Assembly: GCA_951406725.2 (NCBI GenBank)
Contig: OX597833.1
Span: 40,114,001-40,178,000, forward strand
Length of the DNA: 64,000 nt
Direction of reading: 5' to 3'
Origin: Octopus vulgaris
Taxonomy: Eukaryota
Under the pieces are notes generated by a model. The model worked only from the letters and a program-made list of their open reading frames with translations. It searched no databases and had not been told where the DNA came from. Position numbers and translations under genes: made by a program. Of this stretch, positions 12,006 through 24,965 are shown one piece after another (the stretch's first letter is position 1; each line of letters opens with the position of its first letter).

Positions 12006-12224
12006 ACATAAAAGTTTGTGTGTATATGTGTGTGTACATGTTTTCAGCTGAAAGTCCCCAAAACACTGTGGAAACTGTCTGAGCCAAAAAGAAAATAAAG
12101 CAGAGGAAGCATTAGAAATATGTAAAATAGATATAAAGTTCAACATTAAAATATAAGGGCCCTTTTTTATAATCATATAATAGCTTCTGTTTAAACTTGT
12201 AGCAGAAGTCAGCACACATCACTT

Positions 12225-12260
12225 TGCATTATGGGAAAATAAAGTTGCAAGAAGTGTTTC

Positions 12261-12335
<75 letters not shown>

Positions 12336-12349
12336 ATATTATATATTAT

Positions 12350-12381
<32 letters not shown>

Positions 12382-13153
12382 ATATATATATGTATTATAT
12401 ATTATATTTATATATATATTTATATATATATATATATATTTATTTTTTTTTTTTTTTTTTTATATATATATGTTTGAAGTGAGGAATGGGGTGAATTACA
12501 TATTCTTTATTGCCCCACGGCATAAGGACTGCATAGAGACATTATTATTTGATTTGATAATAACTACATACATATATAAAAATATATTCTACCATTTACA
12601 TTGTATTATGGGAAAGGTAATAGTAAAAATTCTGAGTTTTTTTTTTACCCTCTCTTTTCTCTTGTATCAGGGAAATTACATAATTTTTGTTGCTGTATTA
12701 TAAGAAATAGGTGCTAGAAGCATTATTTTTCAAATTATATAACTTTTGTTACATCATAGGGGGAAATGTCAGAACATAGGAGATAAACTTGTATCTTTTT
12801 TCTGTTTTCTTCTTCTAAATTATGCAAGTTTTATTGCATTGTGGGAATATATGGATAATAATAAAAAATTTTTTTAAATGTTATACATTATTTTTTCATA
12901 GTGAGGGGGGTTTCTTTTTTTCATTTGTATTTTTTTTTTACTATTTTCAAGCACACATTGCATCATGGGAATAAGGATGGTGAAAATAATATTTATGTTT
13001 AAACATGCATTTTTTGATGCATCATGGTAAGTAAAAAGGATTGATTTTTTTTTTGTGTGTTTGCTTTAATTTAATGTTTGTGCATTGTAATGCATCATGG
13101 GAAAAAGAAGTGCAACATTTGTCCTTTTTTGCTTTCTCATCTTTTTGTTTTTG

Positions 13154-13252
<99 letters not shown>

Positions 13253-13260
13253 CATCATCA

Positions 13261-13291
<31 letters not shown>

Positions 13292-13311
13292 CATCATCAT
13301 CATCATCATCA

Positions 13312-13358
<47 letters not shown>

Positions 13359-13495
13359 GTGTATATGTTTTTTAATTTTTATTTTATTCTGAACTTACGA
13401 AACTTATGGTTAAATTATATAAAAATGAGGCTCTGAAATGCAGTAGTTTTTATTTATTCATTATTATTTTTTTTATTCTTATGCATCATGGGAAA
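12225..13495 (-). promoter_or_regulatory. Homotypic cluster of ZNF143/Staf-like motifs (TTTCCCATRATGCA)
   Basis: + strand TGYATYRTGGGAA at 12225, 12602, 12835, 12959, 13091 and 13482; variant TGCATCATGGTAA at 13018; weaker matches at 12663 and 12750; all in the same orientation. Confidence 0.5.
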
Positions 13496-13884
13496 TATTT
13501 TTTCTAATTATTGAATACGTACTTTAAATGTCAAGTCTTTTACACAATTATTAAACATTTATGAAACCACCTCCACGATCACCACCACCACCACCATCAT
13601 TATCATCATCATTATCATTACTATTATTATCATCATCATTGTCATCATCATTGAGGAATAAAGTGAAATAAGTAAGTGACAGGTCATGCTTCGAGAGTTT
13701 TATGAAAAGGCCACAAAATGATGAGCTTGTTGTGGGTGATTGGTTCAATACTCTGGTTTTACCTAATGGATTAAATGAATATAAATTGTGCATTTGCCAA
13801 AGATATGAGTTTATCAGGATTTCAGAGAAGCCAGACCTTTCCTGAGCACCCTATAGCAGTAACAAGATTACTATTATCATTATT

Positions 13885-14560
13885 AAAGTGGTAAGCTAGT
13901 AGAGTCATTAGCACACTGAACAAAATGCTCAACAGCATTTCGTTTATCTGCACATTCTGAGTTCAAATGCCACCAAGGTCGACTTTGTCTTTTATCATTT
14001 TGGGGGTTGATAAATTAAGTATCAGTGAAACACTGGAGTTGAGGGTGGGGGCATATAATCAACTAGTCTCTTCCCACCAAATTTCAGGCCTTGTTCTTTT
14101 AGTAAGAATTATTAAAATTATTATTATTAAGGCAGTAAGCAGGCAGAATCATTAGCATACAAGGCAAAATTCTTAGCAGCATTTTCATCTGTCCTTATGT
14201 TCTGAGTTCAAATTCTGCTGAGGGCAACTTTGCCTTTCAACCTTTTGAGGTTGATAAAATAAGTACCAATTGAGTACTGGAGTCAATGCAGTCAACTTAC
14301 CCCTTCTCTGAAATTGCTGGCCTTGTGCCGAAATTTGGAACCATTATCATTATTAAGGTGGTGAGCTGGTAGAATTGTTAGCATACCTTGCAAAATGGTT
14401 TGTAGCATTTCATCTGACTTTACATTCTGGGTTCAAATTCTGCCTAGGTTGACTTTGCCTTTCATCTTTCCAAGGTCAACAAAATAAGTACCAGTTGAAC
14501 ACTGGGGTCAATGTAATTGACTTATATCCCTCTCCAAAATTGCTGGCCTTGTGCCACATA
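13885..14560 (+). mobile_element. Three tandem MetaSINE-like copies
   Basis: Head GAGCTGG(C/T)AGAAT..TTAGCA, box B GAGTTCAAAT, core CTTTGCCTTTCA..AAATAAGTACCA; copies linked by (ATT)n. Confidence 0.85.
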
Positions 14561-14740
14561 AAAGCACTCACTACACTCTCAGAGTGGTTGGTGTTAGGAA
14601 GGGCATCCAGCTGTAGAAACTCTGCCAGTTCAGATTGGAGTCTGGTGCAGCCATCTGGTTCACCAGACCTCAGTCAAATCGTCCAACCCAAGCTAGCATG
14701 GAAAGTGGACGTTAAACGATGATGATGGTGATGATGATTG
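14558..14740 (+). mobile_element. 5'-truncated RTE 3' tail
   Basis: GGAAGGGCATCCAGCTGTAGAAAC...CGTCCAACCC...GGACGTTAAACGATGATGAT matches the 3'UTR of the RTE at 49280-49440. Confidence 0.85.
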
Positions 14741-15105
14741 ATATTATCATTATTATTATTAAGTTTAAAGCAGTGAGCTGGCAGAATCGTTAGCATTTCG
14801 TCTGTCTTAGCAGCATTTCGTCCATCTTTATCCATTTGGGAGGTCAATAAAATAAGTACCAGTAATGCAGTGGGGTCAAAAACAACCGGGCTGGTGCCAC
14901 ATAAGAACACCTAGTTCATTCTGTAAAGTGGTTGGCATTAGGAAGAACATCCAGTCATAGAAACCAAGCCAAAACAGACAATTGGAGACTGAGGAGCTCT
15001 CCAGCTGACCAGCCCCTGGTCAAACCATCAAACCCATGCCAAGCATGGAAAACGGGTGTTGAATGACAATGATAATGTTGATGGTGTTGATGGTGGTGGT
15101 AGTGG

Positions 15106-15136
<31 letters not shown>

Positions 15137-15869
15137 GAAGCTCATGTGATTGAGGTAACTACAGCAGAATAAAGAAAGCTGAGAATGATTTCTATTTCTC
15201 AGTTTGAATTTTCCATTCATTCCTGCATTTGACAAAATAAATGTCTGTGCTATTGTTGTTGTTCTTACTGTTATTCATATCACTTACATTATTCAAATGG
15301 ATTGAAAGATTCGTTATTTTCTCCTTTGAACTACATATATTTTATTGAAGAATATAATTTTCTTCTGTTTAGTATCTATAAAAAAGTTTTTAATTTTGGT
15401 TTAAATTATGAGTGACCATAATGATTTCAATTATTTTATTGGTTTATGAGTGGTAAAAAAGATATTTTCTTTGTGAATTAAGGTCTCTTTTCCTCTAAAA
15501 TGGATGGGGAAAATTAACCATGCAATTAAAATCCCAACCTTTCGGTTTAGAAATTCCCTATTGTAAATGCCTGAATTAGTATTTTCTCTTCTAAAAAATC
15601 CTTGTTATGGGGGAAGTGAACAAAATACATCTCATTAGCTTAAAATAAAATATTAACTTTATTTTTGAAAGCCTTAATTGTGAAGATTGAAATGATGTGG
15701 AAACATCCTATTACTATCATGAGTAAACAGAAAAATTATTAGCCATTGTCTTACTGTTTTATTGGAAAAAAAAAACGAAATTCAAATTCAGATTCAAATT
15801 CTCTGTGGTGAATTGAAGACAGTGAACTTACCAGACATGATGTGCATTATTTAATTTACTAAGAGACCA

Positions 15870-16180
15870 AGTGAAGGCACATATCTTAGCAGTTAGGGTA
15901 TTCAGCTCATCTTCGTAAAGGTGTGAGTTCAATACTCAGTTGTACACTGTGTCCTTGAGCAAGACACTTTATTTCCTGCTGCTCTAGTCCACTCAGCTGA
16001 CAAAAGTGAGTAGTAAGTGTATTTCAAAGGGCCAGCCTTGTCACACTCTGTGTCATGCTGAATCTTCTTGAGGGTATGTGCATCTGTGGAATGCTCAACC
16101 ACCTGCACATTAATTTCATGAGCAAGCTGCTCTGTTGTTCACATCAACTGGAAACCTCATCTTAGCTGACAGAGTGTCAT
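15870..16180 (+). mobile_element. tRNA-derived SINE (second family)
   Basis: GTGAAGGCAC..CTTAGCAGTTAGGG...GAGTTCAAT...GTGTCCTTGAGCAAGACACTT...CCACTCAGCTG; other copies at 40551-41125 (+) and 56310-56615 (-). Confidence 0.8.
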
Positions 16181-16911
16181 ATATATAAGCGACCAACTAA
16201 AGTAACTTATACAAATCAGGATGACTGTTAATATTGATTTCAAATTTTAGCACAAGGCCAGCAGGTTTGGGAGATGGGCTACATTGATTACATCAAACTC
16301 AGTACTCAACTGGTGTTTGTTTTACCAATATTGAAAGGATGAAAAACAAAATTGACTCAGAACTTAACGATGGGCAAAATGCCACTAATCATTTTGCCCA
16401 GCATGCTTACAATTCTGCCAGCTCACTGCTTTATGGATGGCTGTTAATATTATATCCTGATAAATGCCTCAAGTCAACAGAATTGTTAGAGCATCAGACA
16501 AAAAGTTTAGCTGTATTTCTTCTGGTGCTTTATGTTGTGAATTCAAATGCTGCCAAGGTAAACTTTAGGGTAACAAACTGTTTGAATTGTTAGCATGCCA
16601 TGTAGAACGCTTAGCAGCTTAGCAGCATTTTGAGTTCAAATTCCACAGAGATCAACTTGGCCTCTCATCCTTTTGGAGTCGATAAAATAAGTACCAGTTG
16701 GACATTTGGATCAATATAATTGGCTCACCCATTCCTATGAAATTACTGGCCTTGTGCCAAAATCTGAAAGCAACATTATTATATCTGAAATCTACTGCTA
16801 TATGTATAGTGATTTAGATCTAAAATTCTCTAATTTACTAAAAACCAGTGATGCCTTCGTTGCAGAGGAACACTTGTTCCCCAAACAGATCTGTAAAAAG
16901 AAACTCAATTA

Positions 16912-17388
16912 CTGTAAATCCTCGTGTATAATCCGCATTTTTTTCCCAAAACTTAATTGTCAAAATCCCTAGTGCGTACTATATACAAGGTTAAAAATGA
17001 AAATTATTTTCTAATCAATGTCCGAGTCTCTATTTGCTGTCTGGCAATGTTTATTCAGACGCATTTTGTGTCGGGTGTGAAGATATCTTAAGCTAAGCCT
17101 GAAGCAATGAAGTCATAAAATAATCATCCATAACTTGCAGTAAGCAACATTTATTAAACGTTATTACTGTTATTTCTTTATTTTCTGCAAACAAAATGCA
17201 CACAAAAGCTACACATTTGCAGTTGCCGTATACATTTTTACAAACCAAGGATGTTATATAGATCTCCTTGACTCAAGTTAGAGAAAGGGTGCGTATTATA
17301 TAGAAGGTTTAGGTTTTCCAGACGTACAGCCCCCTAAAAATCCCCTGCATATTATACTCAAGGGCGGACTATACTCGAGGATCTACGA
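16912..17388. mobile_element. MITE, inverted sister of 3752-4274
   Basis: TIR CTGTAAATCCTCGTGTATA...TATACTCGAGGATCTACG; internal sequence is the reverse complement of 3752-4274. Confidence 0.85.
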
Positions 17389-17890
17389 TATTTTTTCCAT
17401 TTGCTTAAGAAAACAATAGGACCTTATAGATAATTTCAATCTCCGCAGCCAAAGCTTTCAAATAAATAAATGTAGATTTACCTGTATTGATAAGATATAT
17501 ATTTCAAGTTCTATATTACATTACAATGGTTTCAAATTTTGGTGCAAGATCTGCAGTTTTAGGAGGAAGGATTTAGTCAATTACATCGAACTCAATGCTT
17601 AAAGTCTATTTTGGTGGAATTTGAAATCAGAACGTAAAGAGCTACCAAATGTTTTGCCAGCTCACCACCATTACAATACAATAAACAATGATAATAATAA
17701 TCATTATCACACAAGATAAAATATTTAGTGGCATTTCATACTTTTACATGCTGAGTTCAAATACCTCTAGGGTCAACTTTGCCTTTCATCCTTTCAGGGT
17801 CAATAAAATAAGTACCCGTTGAGCACTGGGGTCAATGCCATCAACTTATCCCCTCCCATGAAATTGTTGACTCTGTGCCAAAATTTGAAA

Positions 17891-17925
<35 letters not shown>

Positions 17926-17931
<6 letters not shown>

Positions 17932-18298
17932 TCTGCCTTAGTGAAGGTAGAAGTATTGTTTTCAGTCGTGTTTGTTTGTTTGTTTGTCCGTGGACAAGAT
18001 ATCTTAAGAACCACTCGATGGATTCAGATGAAACTTTCAGGGATATTTGGCCTCGTGACTGGCACAATCTGATTAGATTTTGGGATCAATCCAGTACCAG
18101 ACAAGGATTCTGGATTATTTTTCCTGTTTTTTTTTTTTTTATTTTTCAGAGTGGTCAGGTTCAGTTTTAGTATTTTCATTTGTGAGAGCAGTCGAGTTCA
18201 TTTCAGATATCCTCATTTTAAAAATCATCACTAGCTAATCATTGAGAGGATGTTGGCGTTGCCTTGACAAAGGTTTGCACCCTCTGAGTGCTCTTGTT
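17926..18298 (+). mobile_element. Helentron-associated non-autonomous element (HINE/DINE-like)
   Basis: ATTACCTCTGCC..GAAGGTAGAAGTATTGTTTT subterminal inverted repeat, (TTTG)n microsatellite, ATGAAACTTTCAGG, and a 3' AAAGGTTTGCACCCTCTGAGTGC hairpin; T-rich insertion site. Confidence 0.65.
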
Positions 18299-18515
18299 GT
18301 TGTTATTATTATTATTTTAACTTAGGCACATGGCCACCAATTTTGAATGGAGGGGATAAGTTAATCAAATTGACCCACCAGTTCACTGGTACTTTATTTT
18401 ATCGACCCTGTAAGGATGAAAAGCAAAAGATGGCCTTAGTGAAATTTGAACTCATAACATAAATAGCCAAAAGAAACACCACAAGGCATTTTGTCCAAAG
18501 CACTAAAAATTGACA

Positions 18516-18563
<48 letters not shown>

Positions 18564-19533
18564 TTGGTGGTGGTGGTGGTGGTGGTGGTGGTGGTGGTAG
18601 TGGTGGTGGTGGTTATGATGATAATGAAAACAGGATAAGAATGAGAGAATTGCTATGCTTTTGGCAACACGCTTATCCAGTATTTATACTGAAATATTCT
18701 GTCAGGTCACTGCACATGCTACTTATTTACATATGCTAATGAACATAAAGGAAATAATGTGCTTATGCAATATTCATCAATATATGAACATATGTATGCA
18801 TATATATATATATAATGTGTATATGTGTATGTATTAGTGTATGTATTTATATTTGCGCACGCACACAAATACTTTGTATATCTTGTATATATTTATATTA
18901 TAAATTATACATACATAAATGAATATGCATATATATGTATGTATATACATATGCACATGTATGTATATGAACACACAAATACACAGTCTGTGTGCACTCC
19001 ATATATATATATATCACTAAGTATATGTATATATTTGAATATATCTAGAAGCATACACACACATGCAAACGTGTTCTTACATACATGCCTATGTATGAAT
19101 ATATACATATATACACACACACAAACACAAATGCATATATGCATACACACTCAGGCACACAAATTTACATGCATGTGTATTTATACATATGTATATACTT
19201 ATAGATATTTGTATATACATATACATATGAATACATGCACATATATAATATACATGCATTGTGTGTGTGTGTGTTGTGTGTATATGTGTGCGAGCACATG
19301 TGTATGTATGAGTGTGAGTGTGTATTTATATATGTATATATGCATATATATGCATATGTATGCTTGTTAGTCCATGGTAATGCAATGCCTGGCTTAGATA
19401 TTTTGATTTGTATAACTAAGGTTCAATTTTATTGTGGTAAATAGATTTAAGTGTCAAAGATTTAATATAAAAGTATGTTTATGAATGTGTGTATGTATAT
19501 ATCAAATATCTATCTATATAACTATCGATCTAT

Positions 19534-19602
<69 letters not shown>

Positions 19603-20145
19603 AATCTATCTGTCTATCTATCTATATGTGTGTGTATGTGTGTGTGTGTGTGCTATATTATATATACATATGTAACCTGTGCAAACCAATGACAGCATGG
19701 AAGATGAAAATGATGTATATGCAGATGCATATACATATGTATGTATGTATGTATGTATATATGCATGTACATGTAAATATTACATTGGCTGTGTGTTTAT
19801 ATATATATATGAATATATATACATATATGTATGTATGTATGTTTATATATATATATATATGCATGTATGTATATATATATATATGTTTATACATATATAT
19901 ATATATATACAATCATGCACATTAATGGCAATAACATAAATCAATTTGAAATGTTTCTCCTATTTTCGAAGTAAATATTTTAATCAATCAATAGAAATGA
20001 TAAATTGTATGAGTTCTATGAAGTTATTTTTTACAAACGTTTTCTTTTGATTTCTTTCTTTCTTTATTTTTTTTCTCTTTTCACTTATTTTATATATTAG
20101 TGTTTATTTCATTATTTTTTTCTTTTGATTTATATATATATATAT

Positions 20146-20176
<31 letters not shown>

Positions 20177-20522
20177 TTTCTCTTTTTAGTTATTTCATAT
20201 ATTAGTGTTTATTTCATTGTTTTTTTTTTCTAGGTTTATCCTGTGAATACTTTCTCTTCTTTTTTTGTATTTAGTTGTTTTTTTTTAATTATTTCAGTTA
20301 TTGTTCTTTTTATTAACATGGTAATTTGGTTTTCTTCTTTGTTTTCTGTTTATAATGTTTAATTACTTTTCCAATCATTTATGATAAATATTTTGAAATT
20401 TCTTCTTTAAATATCTATGTCCTTCTGACCATTGTTTTTAAATAATTGTTTTCTTCTGTTGTTTTGATTTTTACAGTTGGTTTCTTTTTTCTTTATTTTT
20501 TTCTTTGCTTTTGACCTTATAG

Positions 20523-20565
20523 GTGAGTTGCACATGTGGGCGGGTAGTCTCACTCAGTTTTTTTT
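20523..20565 (+). other. Candidate 43-nt microexon / recursive splice site
   Basis: About 480 nt of U-rich tract, then TTGACCTTATAG|GTGAGT...TTTTTTTT|GTAAGT. Confidence 0.4.
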
Positions 20566-22335
20566 GTAAGTTATTATTTGATTGTATTTTTATGATGTTC
20601 AAAATTCTTAAGATTACTCATACATCTGTATATGTTATATATGTCTGTGTATATTTCTATATATAAATATACATTTATCTGTGTGTTTGTATGTGTGTTG
20701 TGTATGTGTTCTTTTATTTTTTTACTTGTTGCACTTGACTTTTACTTGACTGCAGCCATGCTGGAGCATTGCCTTGATGAGTTTTAGTTGAACAAATTGA
20801 CCCCACGATTTATTCTTTGTTAGCCATTACAGGTACGTAGACACACCAACACCAGTTGTCAGGTGATGGTGGGGGGGGGGCACAACACAGACACAAAGAC
20901 ACACACACATAAATATATACATATATAGATATATAATAATAAAATAAATGCGCTCTTTTAAAGCCTAGCCAGGTTCATGGGCCAAGTTTCCCGGTTTCTA
21001 TGGCGTATGTGTTCCCCAGCTGGATGGGATGCCAGTCTATCACAGCAATACTCATTTTTGCCAGCTGAGTGGACTGGAGCAATGTGAAAGGAAGTGTTTT
21101 GCTCAAGAACACAACACAGAATCGAAACCACAATCATATATATATATATATATATATATATAACTGGCCGCTGCCAGACTCCCCTGGCATGTAAAAAGCA
21201 CCCACTACACTCACGAAGTGGTTGGCGTTAGGAAGGGCATCCAGCTGTAGAAACACTGCCAGATCAGACTGGAGCCTGGTGCAGCCTCCTGGCTTCCCAG
21301 ACCCTGGTCAAACCGTCCAACCCGTGCAAGCGGAAAACGGACGTTAAACGATGATGATGATAGCAGGCTTCTTTCAATTTCTGTCTACCAAATCCACTCA
21401 CAAGGCTTTGGTCAGCCTGAGTCCATACTAGAAGACACTTGCCCAATGTGCCATGAAGCTGGGAAACACAGACACACACAGCATAAAGCTGTAGAGTATA
21501 GGATATTTACATGCTTTTGTTTCTAGCTTTATGCATATGCTTCAAGACATACTCTTCCATAAAAGAATTATTTCATGTTCTTTCAAAAGGTTGTAAAACA
21601 TTTTACCACTAATGTGTGTGTGTATGTATGTGTGTGAGAGAGAGAGAGTGTGTATGTGTGTGAGAGAGAGAGAGCGAGAGTGTGTGTGTGTGTGTAGTAA
21701 TAAGATATTAAATAAATTACATCATGGACTTCATTAGCTAACTGCTGTCTTAGCTATAAATGCAATTTAATTACAGCTAAGTTTGATTCTAGCTTTCTGC
21801 AATCCACTACTGGAAAACTTTCATGTATAAATGTAAATATTGTAACATCCTAAATAACAAATGCTACTCTCTCAGTTATAAGATGCAATGCTCTTTTATT
21901 TGAATGCTTGTGTATTACCTTATAGCTTCATCTGAACTTCAAAGGTGAAGTACAATTTTATTTGGGAAAGGATTTACATTTTTATATATTTACAGAAAGC
22001 ATTACCTTCCCAAAAAGTATAAACATACGTAGGAAATGAAGAAAGGAATTTTAGGGGCAGTAGCCCCTCCCAGAAAATGTAGACTTAGCTATAATTTTAT
22101 ATATAAAGCTAGATATATGAAGAACTCCTATGTTAAGAGGTAAAAAGGAACATAGGCAAATAATCCCTGGGAATAGAGATAGATAGAAAGTGACAGAATC
22201 CAAAACAATGAGAGAAAAAGAGAACAAGAATGTCTTTAGGAGGGTCAAAAAGCTATTCTACTTAAGGATCCTAGCCAGATTGATAATTAAGAGGCCAAAA
22301 AAATGATTTACTGACAATATGTTACTGACAACAGC

Positions 22336-22412
<77 letters not shown>

Positions 22413-22429
22413 CATGTATGTGTGTTGAG

Positions 22430-22830
22430 TATGTGTGTTTTTCTCTTCCTTTTTTTAATTTTAGAGTAAATTTTGTCCAGCCACCTACTTTGTAGCAAGT
22501 TGTGAAGGAAAGTATCTTCATTTGCCCATCATCCTTTAAATATTAAGGAGTTCTTGCAGATTTTTATAGCCCCCAGGTATCATGATCCTTTGTAGTATAC
22601 GAATTAAGGATTTGCATTCTCTCATCAAGATCCAAAGTTCAGCCATACTTTGCTCCAAATGGGTTAGTATGTATCCTGTTGCTCCAATAATAATAGGTAT
22701 AAAGCTAAAAGTGTATCTTGGGTAATGGATTTGCAAACTTCTTATCAATGGTCCATAGATGTCCTCTTTCTCTTGTATTTTTCTAACCACATCCAGAGGG
22801 CAGCTGATTTCAACAACAGAACATATCTTG
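22430..22830 (-). mobile_element. RLE-type LINE 3' remnant (family B)
   Basis: CSVVEISCPLD..KIQEKEDIYGPLIRSLQIHYPRYTFSFIPIIIGATG; the 5' junction abuts (CATA)n in element sense. Confidence 0.8.
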
Positions 22831-23433
22831 TATGTATGTATGTATGTATGTATGTATGCATGCATGCATGTATATATGTAGGTATGCATGTATATGGAGC
22901 CAAGTAGTTGAGGAGCACACTTCACAATCATGAGTTGCAGGTATATTGAGCATGTAATAACTTTTACTATAGCCTCTGGTCAACCCAGGCCACTTTGATA
23001 GTGAAGCTAAATAATCAGGGAGTATGTGAAAGGCCTTCGAATGGATTGTACCTATATTTCAAAGGTCCACCCTTACCACATCGGCTACACTAATTCACTC
23101 TCAGAATTTTATCAGTAACATGTATGTCTGCAAATACTCACATGTTCATTTAACGACTAGGTAGTTCTGTTGATTGAACAACTGCATACTCCTCAGTTTA
23201 ACTGACATCGTCATTTGGATTATTTCCTATCATCTATTTGATCAGGGGAATCTTGCCCAAAATAAAATAGAAGCATTTAACAACTTATGTAAAGTAACAC
23301 CATATATTTTTGATTTATTTATAAACATTACCTTAGAATTTTACCTAACTACTGCTCTGCATTGCTTAAAGGTCGTTTTAGGATATTTATGTATGTATGT
23401 GTGTATATGTGTGAGTGAGTATGCATGTATGTA

Positions 23434-23489
<56 letters not shown>

Positions 23490-23701
23490 TCATCGTCATC
23501 ATCATCATCACTATCATCATCATTTAACACTCGCTTTACATGGTGGCATGAGTTGGATGTTTGACTGAAAACTGGTAAACTAGGAGGTGGGGCTGCACCA
23601 AGTTCCAATCTGATTTGGCAAGGTTTCTAGAACTGGATGCCCTTCCTAAACCCAACCACTATGAGAGTGTAGTGGGTGTATATGTGTGTGTGTACGCGTG
23701 T

Positions 23702-23739
<38 letters not shown>

Positions 23740-23750
23740 ATATATATGTA

Positions 23751-23953
23751 CAGGGTGACCCAAAAGTAGGTGTACAGTTAGTCAATTATCTCTTTTACAT
23801 TCATATATTAACATTTTAGATCTTCGTTCTTTTAGTTAATTTTGTCAAGCTCCCTTTTAAGTTTGTAAGATAGAAATTTAAATGTAATAAAATGTTTTAA
23901 AAGAAATTTAAAGTGCCTATGTGATAACTGTAAACCTACTTTTGGGCCACCCT
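23751..23953. mobile_element. Tc1/mariner MITE
   Basis: TA|CAGGGTGACCCAAAAGTAGG...CCTACTTTTGGGCCACCCTG|TA. Confidence 0.9.
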
Positions 23954-24289
23954 GTATATACATATACATATACGTATGTAATTATTGTATGTATATGCAC
24001 ACACATACACACACACACACAAATGGACAAATGGAAGTAGCACTCAGTACATATTGGAGGTGTATTCAGTGAGTAAAAGGTTGTCTTAACTCCTCATGTT
24101 ACTTAAAGTTTTGTGGATGATAAAAAAAGACAACCAGCTCTTTTCTCCATATCCCAAGGAATTGGTTGTGCTTTTTCACATCCATGAAACTTTAAGTAGC
24201 ATGTAGAGCTAAGTCAACCTGTTAATCAGTGTGGGGGGTGTATTTAGCAATGTTTGTGAATCACTTGCCATCTTCTAATAGATATAAAC

Positions 24290-24965
24290 AGACATGTAGT
24301 AAGAAGCTTGCCTCCCAACCACATGATTCCAGGTTCAGTCTCACTGCATGGCACCTTGGGTAAGTGTCTTCTACTATAGCTTCGAGCCCTCCATAGCCTT
24401 GTGAGTGGATTTGGTAGATGGAAACTGAAAGAAGCCCTTTGTATATATATGTGTGTTTATGTGCATGCGTGCAAGTGTTTCTGCATGTAAGTACGTGTGT
24501 ATATATGTGTGTGTGTGTGTGTGTGTACATCTTTGTGTTTGTGATTGTCTCCCACCACTACTTGACAATCGGTGTTGGTGTGTTTACATCCCCGTAACTT
24601 AGCAGTTCAACACAAAGTGATCAATAGAATAAGTACCAAGCTTAAAAGAAGAGAGAAAAAGAAACACTGGGGTCAATTCATTGGAGATCAATTCAATACT
24701 GGAGTGGATTCAATACTGGGGTGGATTCAATACTGGGGTAGATTCAATACTTGGGTTGATTCAATACTGGAGTGGATTCAATACTGGAGTTGATTCAATA
24801 CTGGGGTGGATTCAATACTGAAGCAGATTCAATACTGGGGTGGATTCAATACTGGGGTGGATTCAGTACTGGGGTGGATTCAATAGTGGGGTGGATTCAA
24901 AGTTCTTCAAGGTGGTGCACCAGCAAGGCTGCAGTCTAATGACTGAAACAAGCAGAAGATAAAAT
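24290..24965 (+). mobile_element. Long tRNA-derived SINE (third family) with internal minisatellite
   Basis: CCAACCACATG..GGTTCAGTC..CACCTTGGG.AAGTGTCTTCTACTATAGC..GGAAACTGAAAGAAGCCC..(TG)n..ATGACTGAAACAAG; fragments of the same family at 20720, 32845, 34150, 36688, 46680 and 49445. Confidence 0.8.
24691..24900. repeat. 17-bp minisatellite ATTCAATACTGGGGTGG, about 12 copies
   Basis: Contiguous tandem units with no spacers; an amplified SINE segment (TACTGGGGTCGATTC). Confidence 0.95.

Noticed and set aside
13080-13100. miR-33-like sequence GTGCATTGTAATGCATCA
   Set aside because: Only the 5' part matches and there is no complementary arm for a precursor hairpin.
20523-20557. Mirtron GTGAGT...CTCAG
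   Set aside because: At 35 nt it is too short for a Dicer substrate or a typical intron; kept instead as a recursive-site/microexon candidate.
24691-24900. CRISPR-like array of 17-bp repeats
   Set aside because: Units are contiguous with no unique spacers, there are no cas genes, the context is eukaryotic, and the unit derives from a SINE segment.
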